Assembly: GCF_006345805.1 (NCBI RefSeq)
Contig: NC_043000.1
Span: 160,580,001-160,644,000 of the forward strand
Source: Octopus sinensis
Lineage: Eukaryota
DNA: 64,000 bases
Reading direction: 5' to 3'
The position numbers were made by a program, and so were the translations under genes. Shown piece by piece: positions 25,611 to 36,785 of the stretch (within the stretch, counting starts at the first letter, position 1; each line of letters opens with the position of its first letter). The notes below the pieces were generated by a model. It saw only the letters and a list, made by a program, of their open reading frames with translations. It searched no databases and had not been told where the DNA came from.

Positions 25611-25694
25611 GTCGAATTCGACGAAAATTTGGATAATATTACTCGCATGCTAAACGACTATGTACATGACACATATTTTCCTCTTCGCGAGCAG
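25611..25694 (+). CDS. Candidate 84-nt phase 0-0 exon VEFDENLDNITRMLNDYVHDTYFPLREQ (product unknown)
   Basis: ctctgtttcatgatactaAG | 28 open codons | GTaaat; no partner exon identified. Confidence 0.25.
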
Positions 25695-26431
25695 GTAAAT
25701 ATCCTAATTGAGACATTTTTAATTACACGATCGTCATATCGCCCAATCGTCATACATGACGGTTCCGTATAAAAGAGGTATGGCATGCTAACTTGATGCT
25801 TCCTGTGAAGTTAGTCTGTTCGTATACAGTGCAATAAGTCTCGTGGCAAAATAGTATGAGATCGGCTAATGAAATCCGTAAACGGATTTCGATTAAGTCT
25901 TCAGTTACTCAGTTCGTATATTCAAAACTTTGGAGAAAAACAGGACAGTGATACCTTCACTACGCCAAATACATTCAAACTCGTTTAGTTATATTGTAAC
26001 AAAAACCAACAAGTTTCTTGTCTTTTCTCTGTTTATTGCTACAAGACACTGTTTATTTTCTGTCTCAGTTAAGCAAAATCAGTTGCCAATAGGGGACTCA
26101 CTGTGTTTATAAATATTGACATAATATATGAGTAATTTCTTGAAATATGCTAAAGGAAATATGATGTCAAAAGTTATTCAATCCATGATTAGAATCTCTG
26201 TCAATCGTGAATGCCTCAATATCATATCAACAAATAAATATTTAAATGTGTATGTGTTGCTGGCAGCAATATTATGACAATTTCAATAACATATTTCATA
26301 ATATCAGATGTAATAATATTGAGGATAGCTTCTGAAACGGCTGAAATGTTATAAAATCAAATATGCATGCGTTGTAGATTCACAACTCACGAAATACGAC
26401 AGCGTCATCTGCCACCTCTGCAGTCACACCG

Positions 26432-26478
26432 CCACCATCACCATGATCCTGATCATAATCCTGATCATAATCCCGATT

Positions 26479-26521
<43 letters not shown>

Positions 26522-26559
26522 CCACCATCATCATCATCATCATCGTCATCATCATCACC

Positions 26560-26605
<46 letters not shown>

Positions 26606-26624
26606 CCACCACCACCATCATCAC

Positions 26625-26689
<65 letters not shown>

Positions 26690-26812
26690 TCCTCATCGTC
26701 ATCAACGTCATCATCATCATCATCATAATCATCATCATCATTATCATCATCATCATCATCATCATCATTATCATCATCATAATCATCATCATCATCATCA
26801 ACGTCATCATCT
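26432..26812 (+). repeat. (CAT)n/(CAC)n compound microsatellite
   Basis: Direct reading; source of the poly-H/I/M ORFs. Confidence 0.97.
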
Positions 26813-26996
26813 TCTCTGTTATCATCAATGCAGGTGTATATTATTATATACTTTAATGTGGTAGAATTTCCTCTTGATTGAACTTAACCGCACATGTTTT
26901 TGTAATTTTTTTGCACTGTAACTCGTCCTTCGATATTCCTTCCATGACGTGGACCCTTGTGGCCAATAATAAGAAATCATTGTTATTGGGTTAGAT

Positions 26997-27073
26997 AGAG
27001 AGCAATGCATGCCATCAAAGTGACACTGGGGTAAAATATATGAAGACCAGTATACTCATCATGACTACCTGTC
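26997..27073 (-). repeat. 3'-terminal fragment of the orphan repeat at 27697-28252, inverted
   Basis: Reverse complement matches 28171-28248 (ggtagtcatgatg...ccccagtgtcactttgatggcatgca.tgctctct). Confidence 0.88.
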
Positions 27074-27129
27074 ATAGATTTTTGTTTCGGTTTGGTGGCA
27101 GCACATCTCATCCCGAGACGACATAGTTT

Positions 27130-27418
27130 CAACGCATGACACTAGGAAACCCTAAAATGGCAGAAATTCAAAAGATAGTGCTCATGAGAACTGCCCGTAT
27201 CCTGCATAAAATACTGTCTATGTAATCTCAAATTTTAAAACAAGCATAATTTTCTCGTGGTTTCTTATACGCTCTCTGGAAAAACACTATGTACAAAATC
27301 AAATATATGGCACCCTAAGCATTACAGCAACATTAATTTCTGATTTGTTGCCTCTTAAGGTCTCTGGGTGAGACTTGGAGCCAACTTGTACAAATACAAA
27401 GAAAAATGTCAAACATAA
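27130..27418 (+). mobile_element. R4/Dong-type LINE 3' end with (AAT)n tail
   Basis: GNPKMAEIQKIVLMRTARILHKILSM* terminal motif, ~190-bp 3' UTR, then (AAT)n. Confidence 0.85.
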
Positions 27419-27552
27419 GATAATAATAATAATAATTAATAATAATAATAATGATAATAATAATAATTAATAATAATAATAATGATAATAATAATAATAA
27501 TGTTAATAATGTTGATGATGATGATGATGATAATGATGATGATGATGATTAT

Positions 27553-27623
<71 letters not shown>

Positions 27624-27630
27624 TAACAAC

Positions 27631-27696
<66 letters not shown>
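27419..27696 (+). repeat. (AAT)n tract with (GAT)n island
   Basis: Direct reading. Confidence 0.97.
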
Positions 27697-27697
<1 letters not shown>

Positions 27698-28252
27698 TGC
27701 CCTGATGCAGTACCAGGCAGTGGCTCTCATGGCTTCTGATCTTAACTGATTGGAAGTGTTATCATGTACATTATTTTGTCTTGGTATAAAAGATGGGCTA
27801 CAGCAAATATTCTGCTCAATACCACAGATTTGCTTGTCAGTTGTTTGACCTTAACCAGTTGAGCATGGCCCTTAGTGGCTGACGATATGTGCATCTCTGA
27901 TCACGAGCAGAAATAGTGGGGGAGCATCATAGCCATGTGTTGAGAGGGATTCTTTGGGGTTTGAATAATTCACCTCTGGAAACATGGGTGGTTCTTTCAA
28001 CATCCTTAAACAACCCTTATTCAGGGACCTTTTGAGCGGGATGGGCTACTCGACCAGAAGAAAATTCTAACTGGGCCCCACCTGCAAGGTCATGTGCTTT
28101 TTATCTTGATATGAGATCACCATGTCGCGCACATATGGTTGTGATGCATGTGCCTGGTGTACCCTTATCAGACGGGTAGTCATGATGGGTATATTGGGCT
28201 TCGTATATTTTACCCCAGTGTCACTTTGATGGCATGCACTGCTCTCTCACTC
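27697..28252 (+). mobile_element. Orphan ~555-bp non-coding interspersed element bounded by (AAT)n on both sides
   Basis: Higher-GC unique block between two (AAT)n tracts; partial inverted second copy at 26997-27073; no tRNA boxes or ORF seen. Confidence 0.6.
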
Positions 28253-28276
28253 AATAATAATAATAATAATAATAAT

Positions 28277-28852
28277 AGTACTCAAGACCGAACTTGGACC
28301 ACGAACTGGAGGTTGAACCGTGGGAAAGATCAAGTATATCCGCTGAGACGTGGAGGCAAGACATATCATTTGCACAAACCACAGATAGTGGCAGCACCGG
28401 TGACTAGTAAACTTCTCTGGGATTTACCAATTCAAACAGATCAGGTGCCAGAGCATAACAGACAGGCTGTAGTGTTGGTGGACAAGATACACCGCATGTG
28501 CTATATAGTTGATACTGCGTGCGCTTTGACCCACGAAGTGTCAAGAAGGAAGGCAATAAATATGACCCACTTAAGTAAGAAATAGCCCGGGCTATTGAAA
28601 ATGAAGAAGGTGAAGATAGTGCCAATTAGTTTTGGGTTCTTGAGGACAGTATCAGAAAGCATCAAGAAAAATGTAAAGGGAATTCGAAAAAAAGTGCCCA
28701 GTAGAATTGTTACAAAAAGTTTGCCTCCTTGGCACGGTCAGTATAATCAGGAAAGAATGAGAATGCTGATAAGAACGGGTAGCATGGTACCGTAGGTTGA
28801 AGGTAGCAAGCCCGCTACACATGCAAGACTCAATGAGTTCCAACAAAAATTG
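28277..28852 (+). mobile_element. R4/Dong-type LINE 3' end (same family as 50176-51540)
   Basis: KLLWDLPIQTDQVPEHNRQAVVLVDK...CYIVD; shares gttacaaa..gtttgcctccttggcacgg and gcaagcccgctaca.atgcaagac with the 50.2-kb copy. Confidence 0.85.
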
Positions 28853-28886
<34 letters not shown>

Positions 28887-29162
28887 GAAGAAGAAGAAGA
28901 AGAAGAAGAAGAAGAAGAAGAAGAAGAGGAAAAATAATAATAATAATAATAAGAAGAAGAAGAAGAAGATAAAGAATAAAAAGAAGAAGAAGAAGAAGAA
29001 GAAGAAGGAGAAGAAGCAGAAATAGAAGAAGAAGAAGAAGAAGAAGAAGAAGAAGAAGAAGAAGAAGAAGAAGAAGAAGAAGAAGAAGAAGCAGAAGAAG
29101 AAGAAGAAGAAGAAGAAGAAGAAGAAGAAGAAGAAGAAGACAAGAAGAAGAAGAAGAAGAAG
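28853..29162 (+). repeat. (GAT)n-(GAA)n-(AAT)n-(GAA)n compound tract
   Basis: Direct reading. Confidence 0.97.
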
Positions 29163-29589
29163 ACGGAAAAACGGAGATGTGCAGGAAGAGCTCTGGGCAA
29201 CATTACACGAAGAGCTCCGGGGTAGAATACTACAGGGACTTGCATGAAGAAGTTATCACTACAAAAATTATTTAATGCAACTACATGGGCGAAATGAAAA
29301 GAAAATTTTGCAAAAATTGGGAGGAAAACTTCTTTTAATGCACATCAACTCAAAAATTCCAGGAGAGTATTGTTATCTAAAGTATAGTTTCTGCTGCGCC
29401 CGATAACTCAGTTTGACTTGTGCAAAAATTCGAGCCAACATGAGAAACTCTCGACACCAAAAAAAAAAATTACTAAATATAGATTAAGTACGTAAATTAA
29501 TTTTTTGCGTATATATCTAACTGTTTTTACATACATGTGCATATTTTAATATTTACAAACATGTGCTCAAAGGTGATCGACTTCACTTG

Positions 29590-29870
29590 ACACAGTTACT
29601 GGTTTCATCTACCCCAGAGATGTGAAAGGCAAACCTGCATGTGGAGAGATTCGAGTGCTGACGTAATGTTTGCAATTTTTTGAGGACGGTGTTAGAAGAT
29701 AGCTTCGACCGTAGTTCTTCACTTGGTACTTTATTTTATCGATTCCTGAGAAATAAGACACTTAACATGATTTGAACTTAGAATGTATGGAGCCAGATAA
29801 ATGACGTAAAGCATTTTGTATTACACTCAAATGATTCTGCCCATCCGCTAATAGTAACCAGAGGTATGGT
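29590..29870 (-). mobile_element. Degenerate SINE relics
   Basis: Two partial matches to ggtacttattttatcga...gatttgaactcagaa and tgaaaggcaaa blocks of the 54-kb SINE family. Confidence 0.45.
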
Positions 29871-30045
29871 CTAGAAAATAGCAATACTAGGATCAGTAAA
29901 CATAGTATCACGTCCACACATAAAATTTTTTAACTTTGCACATCTTTGTCAGCACTGAATATTTTTTGTGCATGTTTACCATTGAATATTCTGTTACTCT
30001 TGAATATTTTTGTTAAGCAAGATCATCCTTGTTGAATTTAAACAC

Positions 30046-30330
30046 TTAGTTAGTTAGTTAATTTTGGCTCAAAAAGCAAAAAGCAAAGCCATGTAGGGGG
30101 ACATGGAGTTATGTACAGGGTGGTGTTCATGTAAAGAGTTCAGGCCACTTGAGGTCAAGGGAGACTTTTAACAAAGCGGACGTCGGCATCTTCACCATCT
30201 CGTCTGGCATCTTCTTACACGGATCCGCAACCCGGACGGAGAAAGCAACTCTCCTTCGATTGAGATGAAATCGTCGCAGATGGAGCTTTTCGGAATGACC
30301 CCGCAGCCGACGCTCTTATTCTTCAAGTTA
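30046..30330 (-). mobile_element. CR1-type LINE 3' end with (AACT)n tail
   Basis: RGHSEKLHLRRFHLNRRRVAFSVRVADPCKKMPDEMV...LKVSLDLKW* (CR1 C-terminal RGH..KL...R..F.S.RV...WN.LP motif). Confidence 0.85.
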
Positions 30331-30399
30331 GAATATATTTGAAATTTTTCATTGTCAATTTTAAACTTTAAAATGTAATATTTTAAAATTTCCTACTCG

Positions 30400-30640
30400 T
30401 ACCAGTCATTTCAATCTTCACTTACTAGAATGAAATCTATCTGTCCTAAACCATCCTCACAAGAAGACTCATGAGAGTTTCGATTGATATTTCGGTTCTG
30501 TACAGGTCGCACCAGCAGGTATCCGACATAACTTCACACATCAGCAAATTCAGGACACTGAATGAATGCATGTGGGGGGATTTCGGTTTCATGCATATAC
30601 CTGAGATAAGTATGGTGAAGTTTACTACCTATCCTGTAAA
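30400..30640 (-). mobile_element. Possible LINE AP-endonuclease relic
   Basis: DLYR and QIDFILVS motifs across a frameshift. Confidence 0.35.
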
Positions 30641-31835
30641 ATTTATTCCAAAAGCCATAATGTTTGAAATAAAATTTCTGCAGAAATCCATTTATTGACA
30701 TTTTAGGATAGTGTTCTACACGGGATTCATTGTGTCGTATTTTTTTAAGAAACTCATTATTGTTTCTATTTAAGGTAATGAAGTGGAGAAGTAGATTTTG
30801 TGCTTTTGATTCTCGGCAGTGGTTTTGTCTTTAAGTGTTCTTTTTGCTGTTCCTTTTCAGATCGTTATTGCGGTTGTTCTCTATCTGCTATTTGCTTCTG
30901 ATGTTTTTTTTCTTCTCATACTCCACAGGGTATTCTTTGCAGATTGTATATATTTTCGCCTTTATCATTATGTAATACGGATCATTTCCGAGTAGTTCTT
31001 CTCTTCTCCTTCAATTTCTCATGCTCTAGAAGAGTTATTAGAAATGGACTCACTATATTAAGGGATTACTTGAAAATATACAGCAGTAATTTACTACTGT
31101 ATATTTTCCAGCGCTGGGCCTACAATTACCTACGGTGTTCTTTCTAAAGATCTCTTACTTGAGCGAACGATCATCTTGGGAGGATTACGGTTTTACTTAA
31201 TAATCATATTGTAGTGTCAATGAAAGCGTTTTTATTACTATTGCTTCTGTTATTAGCATCTTTGCTACTACAGGTGTCGTCTCTTGATGGTTTTCAAATG
31301 TTAGGAAATTTTGCTCTATCATCTTCAACGTCACCTTGTTTCGATATAGTGGCTCCATGTGTTGCTAACAAAGTTTATGGTTCAGCACACTTCATATAAA
31401 GTATTGAGTATACTGGAGTTCAAATGCATAAGATCACCCGATCAGTTACAATACAATTTTAGTAGTTAATCAAAACAAATTCTGTAGTACTTCATTTATC
31501 CGAAGGTGCCTGGAACTATACACCATCTAGAAACAGAGAGTTTCACTATACGACTCAAATGATGATGACAAATGAAAGTTTAGCTATTCTATTCTCTTGT
31601 TCAAATTTGTCCACGTGTAAAATCATTGACATATGATGTAAATGCTAATTCTGAACCGCTTCTCTAAAGAAATCCTGCATAAATTTGATGCAGCATCTCT
31701 GAAGCGAAATACGACTTGAAATCGACCGATGAATGATTTATAAATTATTCTTAAAATCCACATACCGTATTTCCACGTGCATACTATTATACATAAGAAC
31801 CAGATTGCATGAATAAGCATAAGTATCGAAGTATT

Positions 31836-31926
<91 letters not shown>
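31836..31926 (+). repeat. (GATA)n microsatellite
   Basis: Direct reading. Confidence 0.97.
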
Positions 31927-32507
31927 GCACGTCTACGTATTTGTGCGTGTGTGTGCGCGCGTATTTCTATACGCACATATACGAAGATGTAAACGTACAC
32001 ACCCAGTTTCATCCCTGTACAGAAGTATTTTACTATAACTCTTTGTAGCAATTGAAAGTTTCCAGGTCTTAAAATATTATTAACTTGAATATTTTTCTGG
32101 TTTACTTCGGGCAAAAATTAAAATGTGATTAGTCAAACTCACTCTTTTCATCATTTCAGCATTTCCCGCTCCCTGCACAAATACGTTGTAGTAGCATCAT
32201 CATCATCATCAGCAGCAGCAGCAGCAGCAGTAGCAGCAGTAGTAGTAGTAGTTGTTGTAGTAGTAGTAATAGAAACGTATTCATTCAACAGAATTTTGAG
32301 AGATTCGAACAACACACATTGCATAATATGTTCCTGCACTTAATGATCTGAGTTTAAATCACGCCCAAGTTTAAAGTTGCTTCTTTTGATTGCGAGGTTC
32401 ACTTCAAACAAATGCCAACCAAATAGTGGTGTTTGACTAAATTCCGTTTCAACTTTCTGCCATTATACTGATGTAAAGAAAATAATTATCTCTATTATCA
32501 AACTCGC

Positions 32508-32670
32508 TAAGACGGCGAGCTGTTAGAACCGGTAAGCACGCCGAACAAAATGATTAGCGACATTTTATCCATCGTTATTTTCAGAGTCCAAATTCTTCTG
32601 ATGTCCACTTTGTATTTCATCCTTTTGGAGTTTGGAGTCGATAAAAAAGAGGACCAGTCAAATATTAGGT
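32508..32670 (+). mobile_element. SINE fragment
   Basis: gacggcgagctg...agcacgccg...gagtccaaattc...tttcatcctttt...gtcgataaaaaagaggaccagt; homologous to 54017-54222. Confidence 0.7.
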
Positions 32671-32821
32671 CAATGTTCGGTGCAATCGGTATCCTCCTTT
32701 CTACAAATCTGGTGGCCTTTTTAAAGCTATCATTATTAAACTCCCTTCTACACTCAACACAGGCACAACCGTGCACATACCGATACGTGGTAGAGTATCA
32801 TGAATCATTTCTACAATATAT

Positions 32822-32890
<69 letters not shown>

Positions 32891-32994
32891 TATATATAGT
32901 ATTTAATCATATCAAAGGGAAATGGAAATTAATAAAAATTTACATTTCCAGTGGTCTAACGTGTAAAAAAAATTAGTCAAAAAAACTATATATT

Positions 32995-33389
32995 AGTCAT
33001 ACGATATAGTGTATATTTAAACACAAAGGGAATCCACTTCTAGATATTCTACACTCTAGAAACAACAGCTAGGTTCTATAACCACAAAAGTTAGGGATAA
33101 AATTCGATAGGAATAAATTTAGAAATGAAAAACATTTGCCATCTAGTTTCCTGGGCCAATTGGTTTCTGATCTTATCTTAGCGAGTCAAAGGAGAACTCA
33201 CTAGGTTTGATCTTTTTCATCAGTTCCAACCTAGGGTTAAACGTATACATACGGGACAATCAAAACTACTTGTCTCGTGTTTATACGTCCCAAGATTTTC
33301 AAAATTGTTAGCTAGCTGTTGTTTCTAGCGTGTAGAATCCCTGTAAGTGGATTCCTTTTGTGTTTAAATATACACTATATCGTATGACT
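32995..33389. mobile_element. MITE-like element, 395 bp, with ~78-bp terminal inverted repeats, in TA-rich context
   Basis: 32995-33072 agtcatacgatatagtgtatatttaaacacaaagggaatccactt...ctagaaacaacagctag is the near-perfect reverse complement of 33312-33389. Confidence 0.92.
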
Positions 33390-33461
<72 letters not shown>

Positions 33462-34032
33462 AATTTTGGAGGAGGCCAGTCGATTAGATCGAACCAGTAC
33501 GCAACTGGTACATAATTTATCAGTCTTGAAAGGATGAAACGCAAAGTATAGTAAAATTTTATTTCGACGGTCAATTATACAGCATATTTGATTAATGTTT
33601 ATCCAACGTACGTTTCTCTTGCATAGACAGCTAGCAATTTAAATATTTGCGTAAGTGTTAATATTAAAAATGATTCGTTGAAAAGAGATACCCAAGAATT
33701 CATTAAAAACAGTCCCAATCACTGCTATGATCCACAACGAACCCATTTAGGCCAATTGACCATTTAACACCTTACTATCATACCATCCCGTATTCTCTCC
33801 TCTTTCTTCTTCTTCTCCTTCTTCGACTTCTTCTTCCTCTCCGCCACCTCCTTCCTTAATTTACTACTACTACTACTACTACTACTGTTTATAATAACAC
33901 CTACCCAAATATTATAAGCAATACATTCAAAAGAGATATCTCAAAAAGTCATTAGCTACTACCACCCACAACAAGTCACTTTCCGCGCACTTGACCATTT
34001 AACATCCTACTACTATCATGGCACTTCCACAT

Positions 34033-34140
34033 TCTTCTTCTTCTTCTTCTTCTTCTTCTTCTTCTTCTTCTTCTTCTTCTTCTTCTTCTTCTTCTTCTTC
34101 TTCTTCTTCTTCTTCTTCTTCTTCTTCTACGTCTTCTTCT
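34033..34140 (+). repeat. (TTC)n microsatellite
   Basis: Direct reading. Confidence 0.97.
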
Positions 34141-34430
34141 CTCAAAATTCACAACGACCTCGAACCCGCAAGTGTAAACAAGGGAGGCAGAGACAGGGAC
34201 AAACAAGAAAAATGCCTCTCGTATTTGAATACTATGCAAATATTCTTTTAAAATCTTTTCAGTTAATTTTTCCAAAATTTAATTATTTTTTATACTTACA
34301 GTTGAAAAAGGCTCAATGACTGAAACCGGTACTGAAATGTATTTCACAAAATTATCCTAGCTTTTTCAACCTTGATTTTTTCCATATATATATATCAACT
34401 CGTGTGTTCCTTTTCATATATATATATATA

Positions 34431-35531
34431 TCAAATGTGAGGATAAAATTCTTTTCCAAAATAAATATTTTCTCGAAAAAAGTTTTATCAATGGCCAGCA
34501 TATTAAAAAATACCTTTAACGGTTAAATTTATAAACAATTCATTAATGAGGGCAAACGGAAAAAATTTCTAATGCCAAATATGCCGAAAAATTGGACATA
34601 TTGTCCATTAACCATATAATTTTTTCACAATATGCACGCTACTCGAAAAGAGGTCGACAGAAATTTCTAAAAAACTCCATTATTACCATATCTGACCGAT
34701 TTTAGATTTATCTACTAAGAGCCCTCTCTTCGTCAGTGATATATGTGGCAAAAGAAATAAATGTATCACAGACGAAGAGAGGACTCTTAGTAGCTAACTC
34801 TGAACTCTGTCAGATATGGTAATAATGGAATTTTTTAGAAATTTCTGTCGACCTCTTTTCGAGTAGCGTGCGTATGGTGAAAAAATTATATGGTTAATGG
34901 ACAATATGTCCAATTTTTCGGCATATTTGGCATTAGAAAATTTTTTCGTTTGCCCTCAGTTATGAATTATATATATATATATAATATATATATATATATC
35001 AAATGTGAGGATAAAATTCTTTTCCAAAATAAATATTTTCTCGAAAAAAGTTTTATCAATGGCCAGCATATTAAAAAATACCTTTAACGGTTAAATTTAT
35101 AAACAATTCATTAATGAGGGCAAACGGAAAAAATTTCTAATGCCAAATATGCCGAAAAATTGGACATATTGTCCATTAACCATATACTTTTTCACAATAT
35201 GCACGCTACTCGAAAAGAGGTCGACAGAAATTTCTAAAAAACTCCATTATTACCATATCTGACCGATTTTAGATTTATCTACTAAGAGCCCTCTCTTCGT
35301 CAGTGATATATGTGGCAAAAGAAATAAATGTATCACAGACGAAGAGAGGACTCTTAGTAGCTAACCCTGAAATCGGTCCGATATAGAAATAATGGAATTT
35401 TTTAGAAATTTCTGTCGACCTCTTTTCGAGTAGCGTGCGTATTTTGAAAAAATTATATGGTTAATGGACAATATGTCCAATTTTTCGGCATATTTGGCAT
35501 TAGAAAATTTTTTCGTTTGCCCTCAGTTATG

Positions 35532-35534
<3 letters not shown>
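34431..35534. repeat. Tandem duplication (568-bp period) of a ~430-bp foldback element plus flank
   Basis: Unit starts tcaaatgtgagg at 34431 and 34999; palindromes 34538-34967 and 35106-35534 with ~200-bp arms and a 22-nt spacer. Confidence 0.95.
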
Positions 35535-35569
<35 letters not shown>

Positions 35570-35579
35570 TATAATATAT

Positions 35580-35612
<33 letters not shown>

Positions 35613-35645
35613 GTGTATGTATGTATGTATATATTTATATGTATG

Positions 35646-35676
<31 letters not shown>

Positions 35677-35713
35677 TATGCATGTATATATATATATATG
35701 CATGTATATATAT

Positions 35714-35919
35714 ATAATTATTATTAAAATTATAATTTAGGGTATCTAAGAGTTACCACCACGCTGGAAATAGCATTCAAAACTTGACTCTAAAACCACA
35801 TTAAATGTTCATACAGCTGTATGAATATTTTATGTGGTTTTAGAGTGAAGTTTTGACTGCTATTTCCAGCGTGGTGGTATCTCTTAGAAACGCTAAATTA
35901 TAATTTTAATAATAATTAT
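35714..35919. repeat. 206-bp spacer-less palindrome (foldback/MITE-like)
   Basis: Centre catacag|ctgtatg at 35816/35817; arms complementary with about 8 mismatches. Confidence 0.95.
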
Positions 35920-36736
35920 TACCTTTTAAGGTTTTTTATTCCCATGCTGGCCACCTAATAAGATCGATAAATAAATATCGATCAGATCCATATTTATATA
36001 AACATATATGTGTGCGTGTGTGCGTGTGTTTGTGTGTCTGTGTGTTTGTGTCTGTGTGTCTGTGTGCCTGCGTGTATATGTATATACATGGGGTTGCTCG
36101 CGTGTATGCATGAATGCATGCTTGTATATGCTTCTGGAGAATTTAATGGAAATAGTGAGGAAGAAAGAAAGAATTCGGGTACTCTAACCTGCCTTGTGCA
36201 CCTCCAAGAAGACATTTTTAAGCTCTAAGGAAAACTTTGAGTACTATCTAATAGGATCGGTGGCCTCTTTGACATTTTGTACAGATATCGGCAGAATGTG
36301 TGTAAAATTCCAGTTTCTTTTATCCTCTTATACCCAACTGAAATTAAATAATAGTCAAGGTTCTATATTGCTTCCATGTTATAACAAACGCAAAATCGAA
36401 AATTGCACTAATGATCTAATGTCAAAAATCCATACATCATCTTAAATAGCAAAGTCTATTCTCTATAAATGCATAGATCAGTATCCATCAAATTCTAACA
36501 GTCATTTACATCACAGCATCACATATAGATGCATACACACACAGAGACACACACACACACAGATATCCTCTCTCTCTCTCACACACACACACATATGTAT
36601 ATATTTGGCTTTATCAGATGCATATTTACATCACTGAATACCAAACGTATATACACTTCCTTCTACAGAGTTCTATATATATGTACACACACAGGTACAC
36701 ATACTTATATACTCTCGCTTTTATGTATGTGTGTGC

Positions 36737-36785
<49 letters not shown>

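Noticed and set aside
30601-30633. 33-nt minus-strand exon IGSKLHHTYL with good splice sites
   Set aside because: It is contiguous with a probable LINE endonuclease relic and resembles a decayed GDFN.HH motif; kept only as an alternative in the exon-chain finding.
30700-31150. Either a plus-strand transmembrane exon (IVIAVVLYLLF) or a minus-strand PLE relic
   Set aside because: Neither reading has enough motif support to call.
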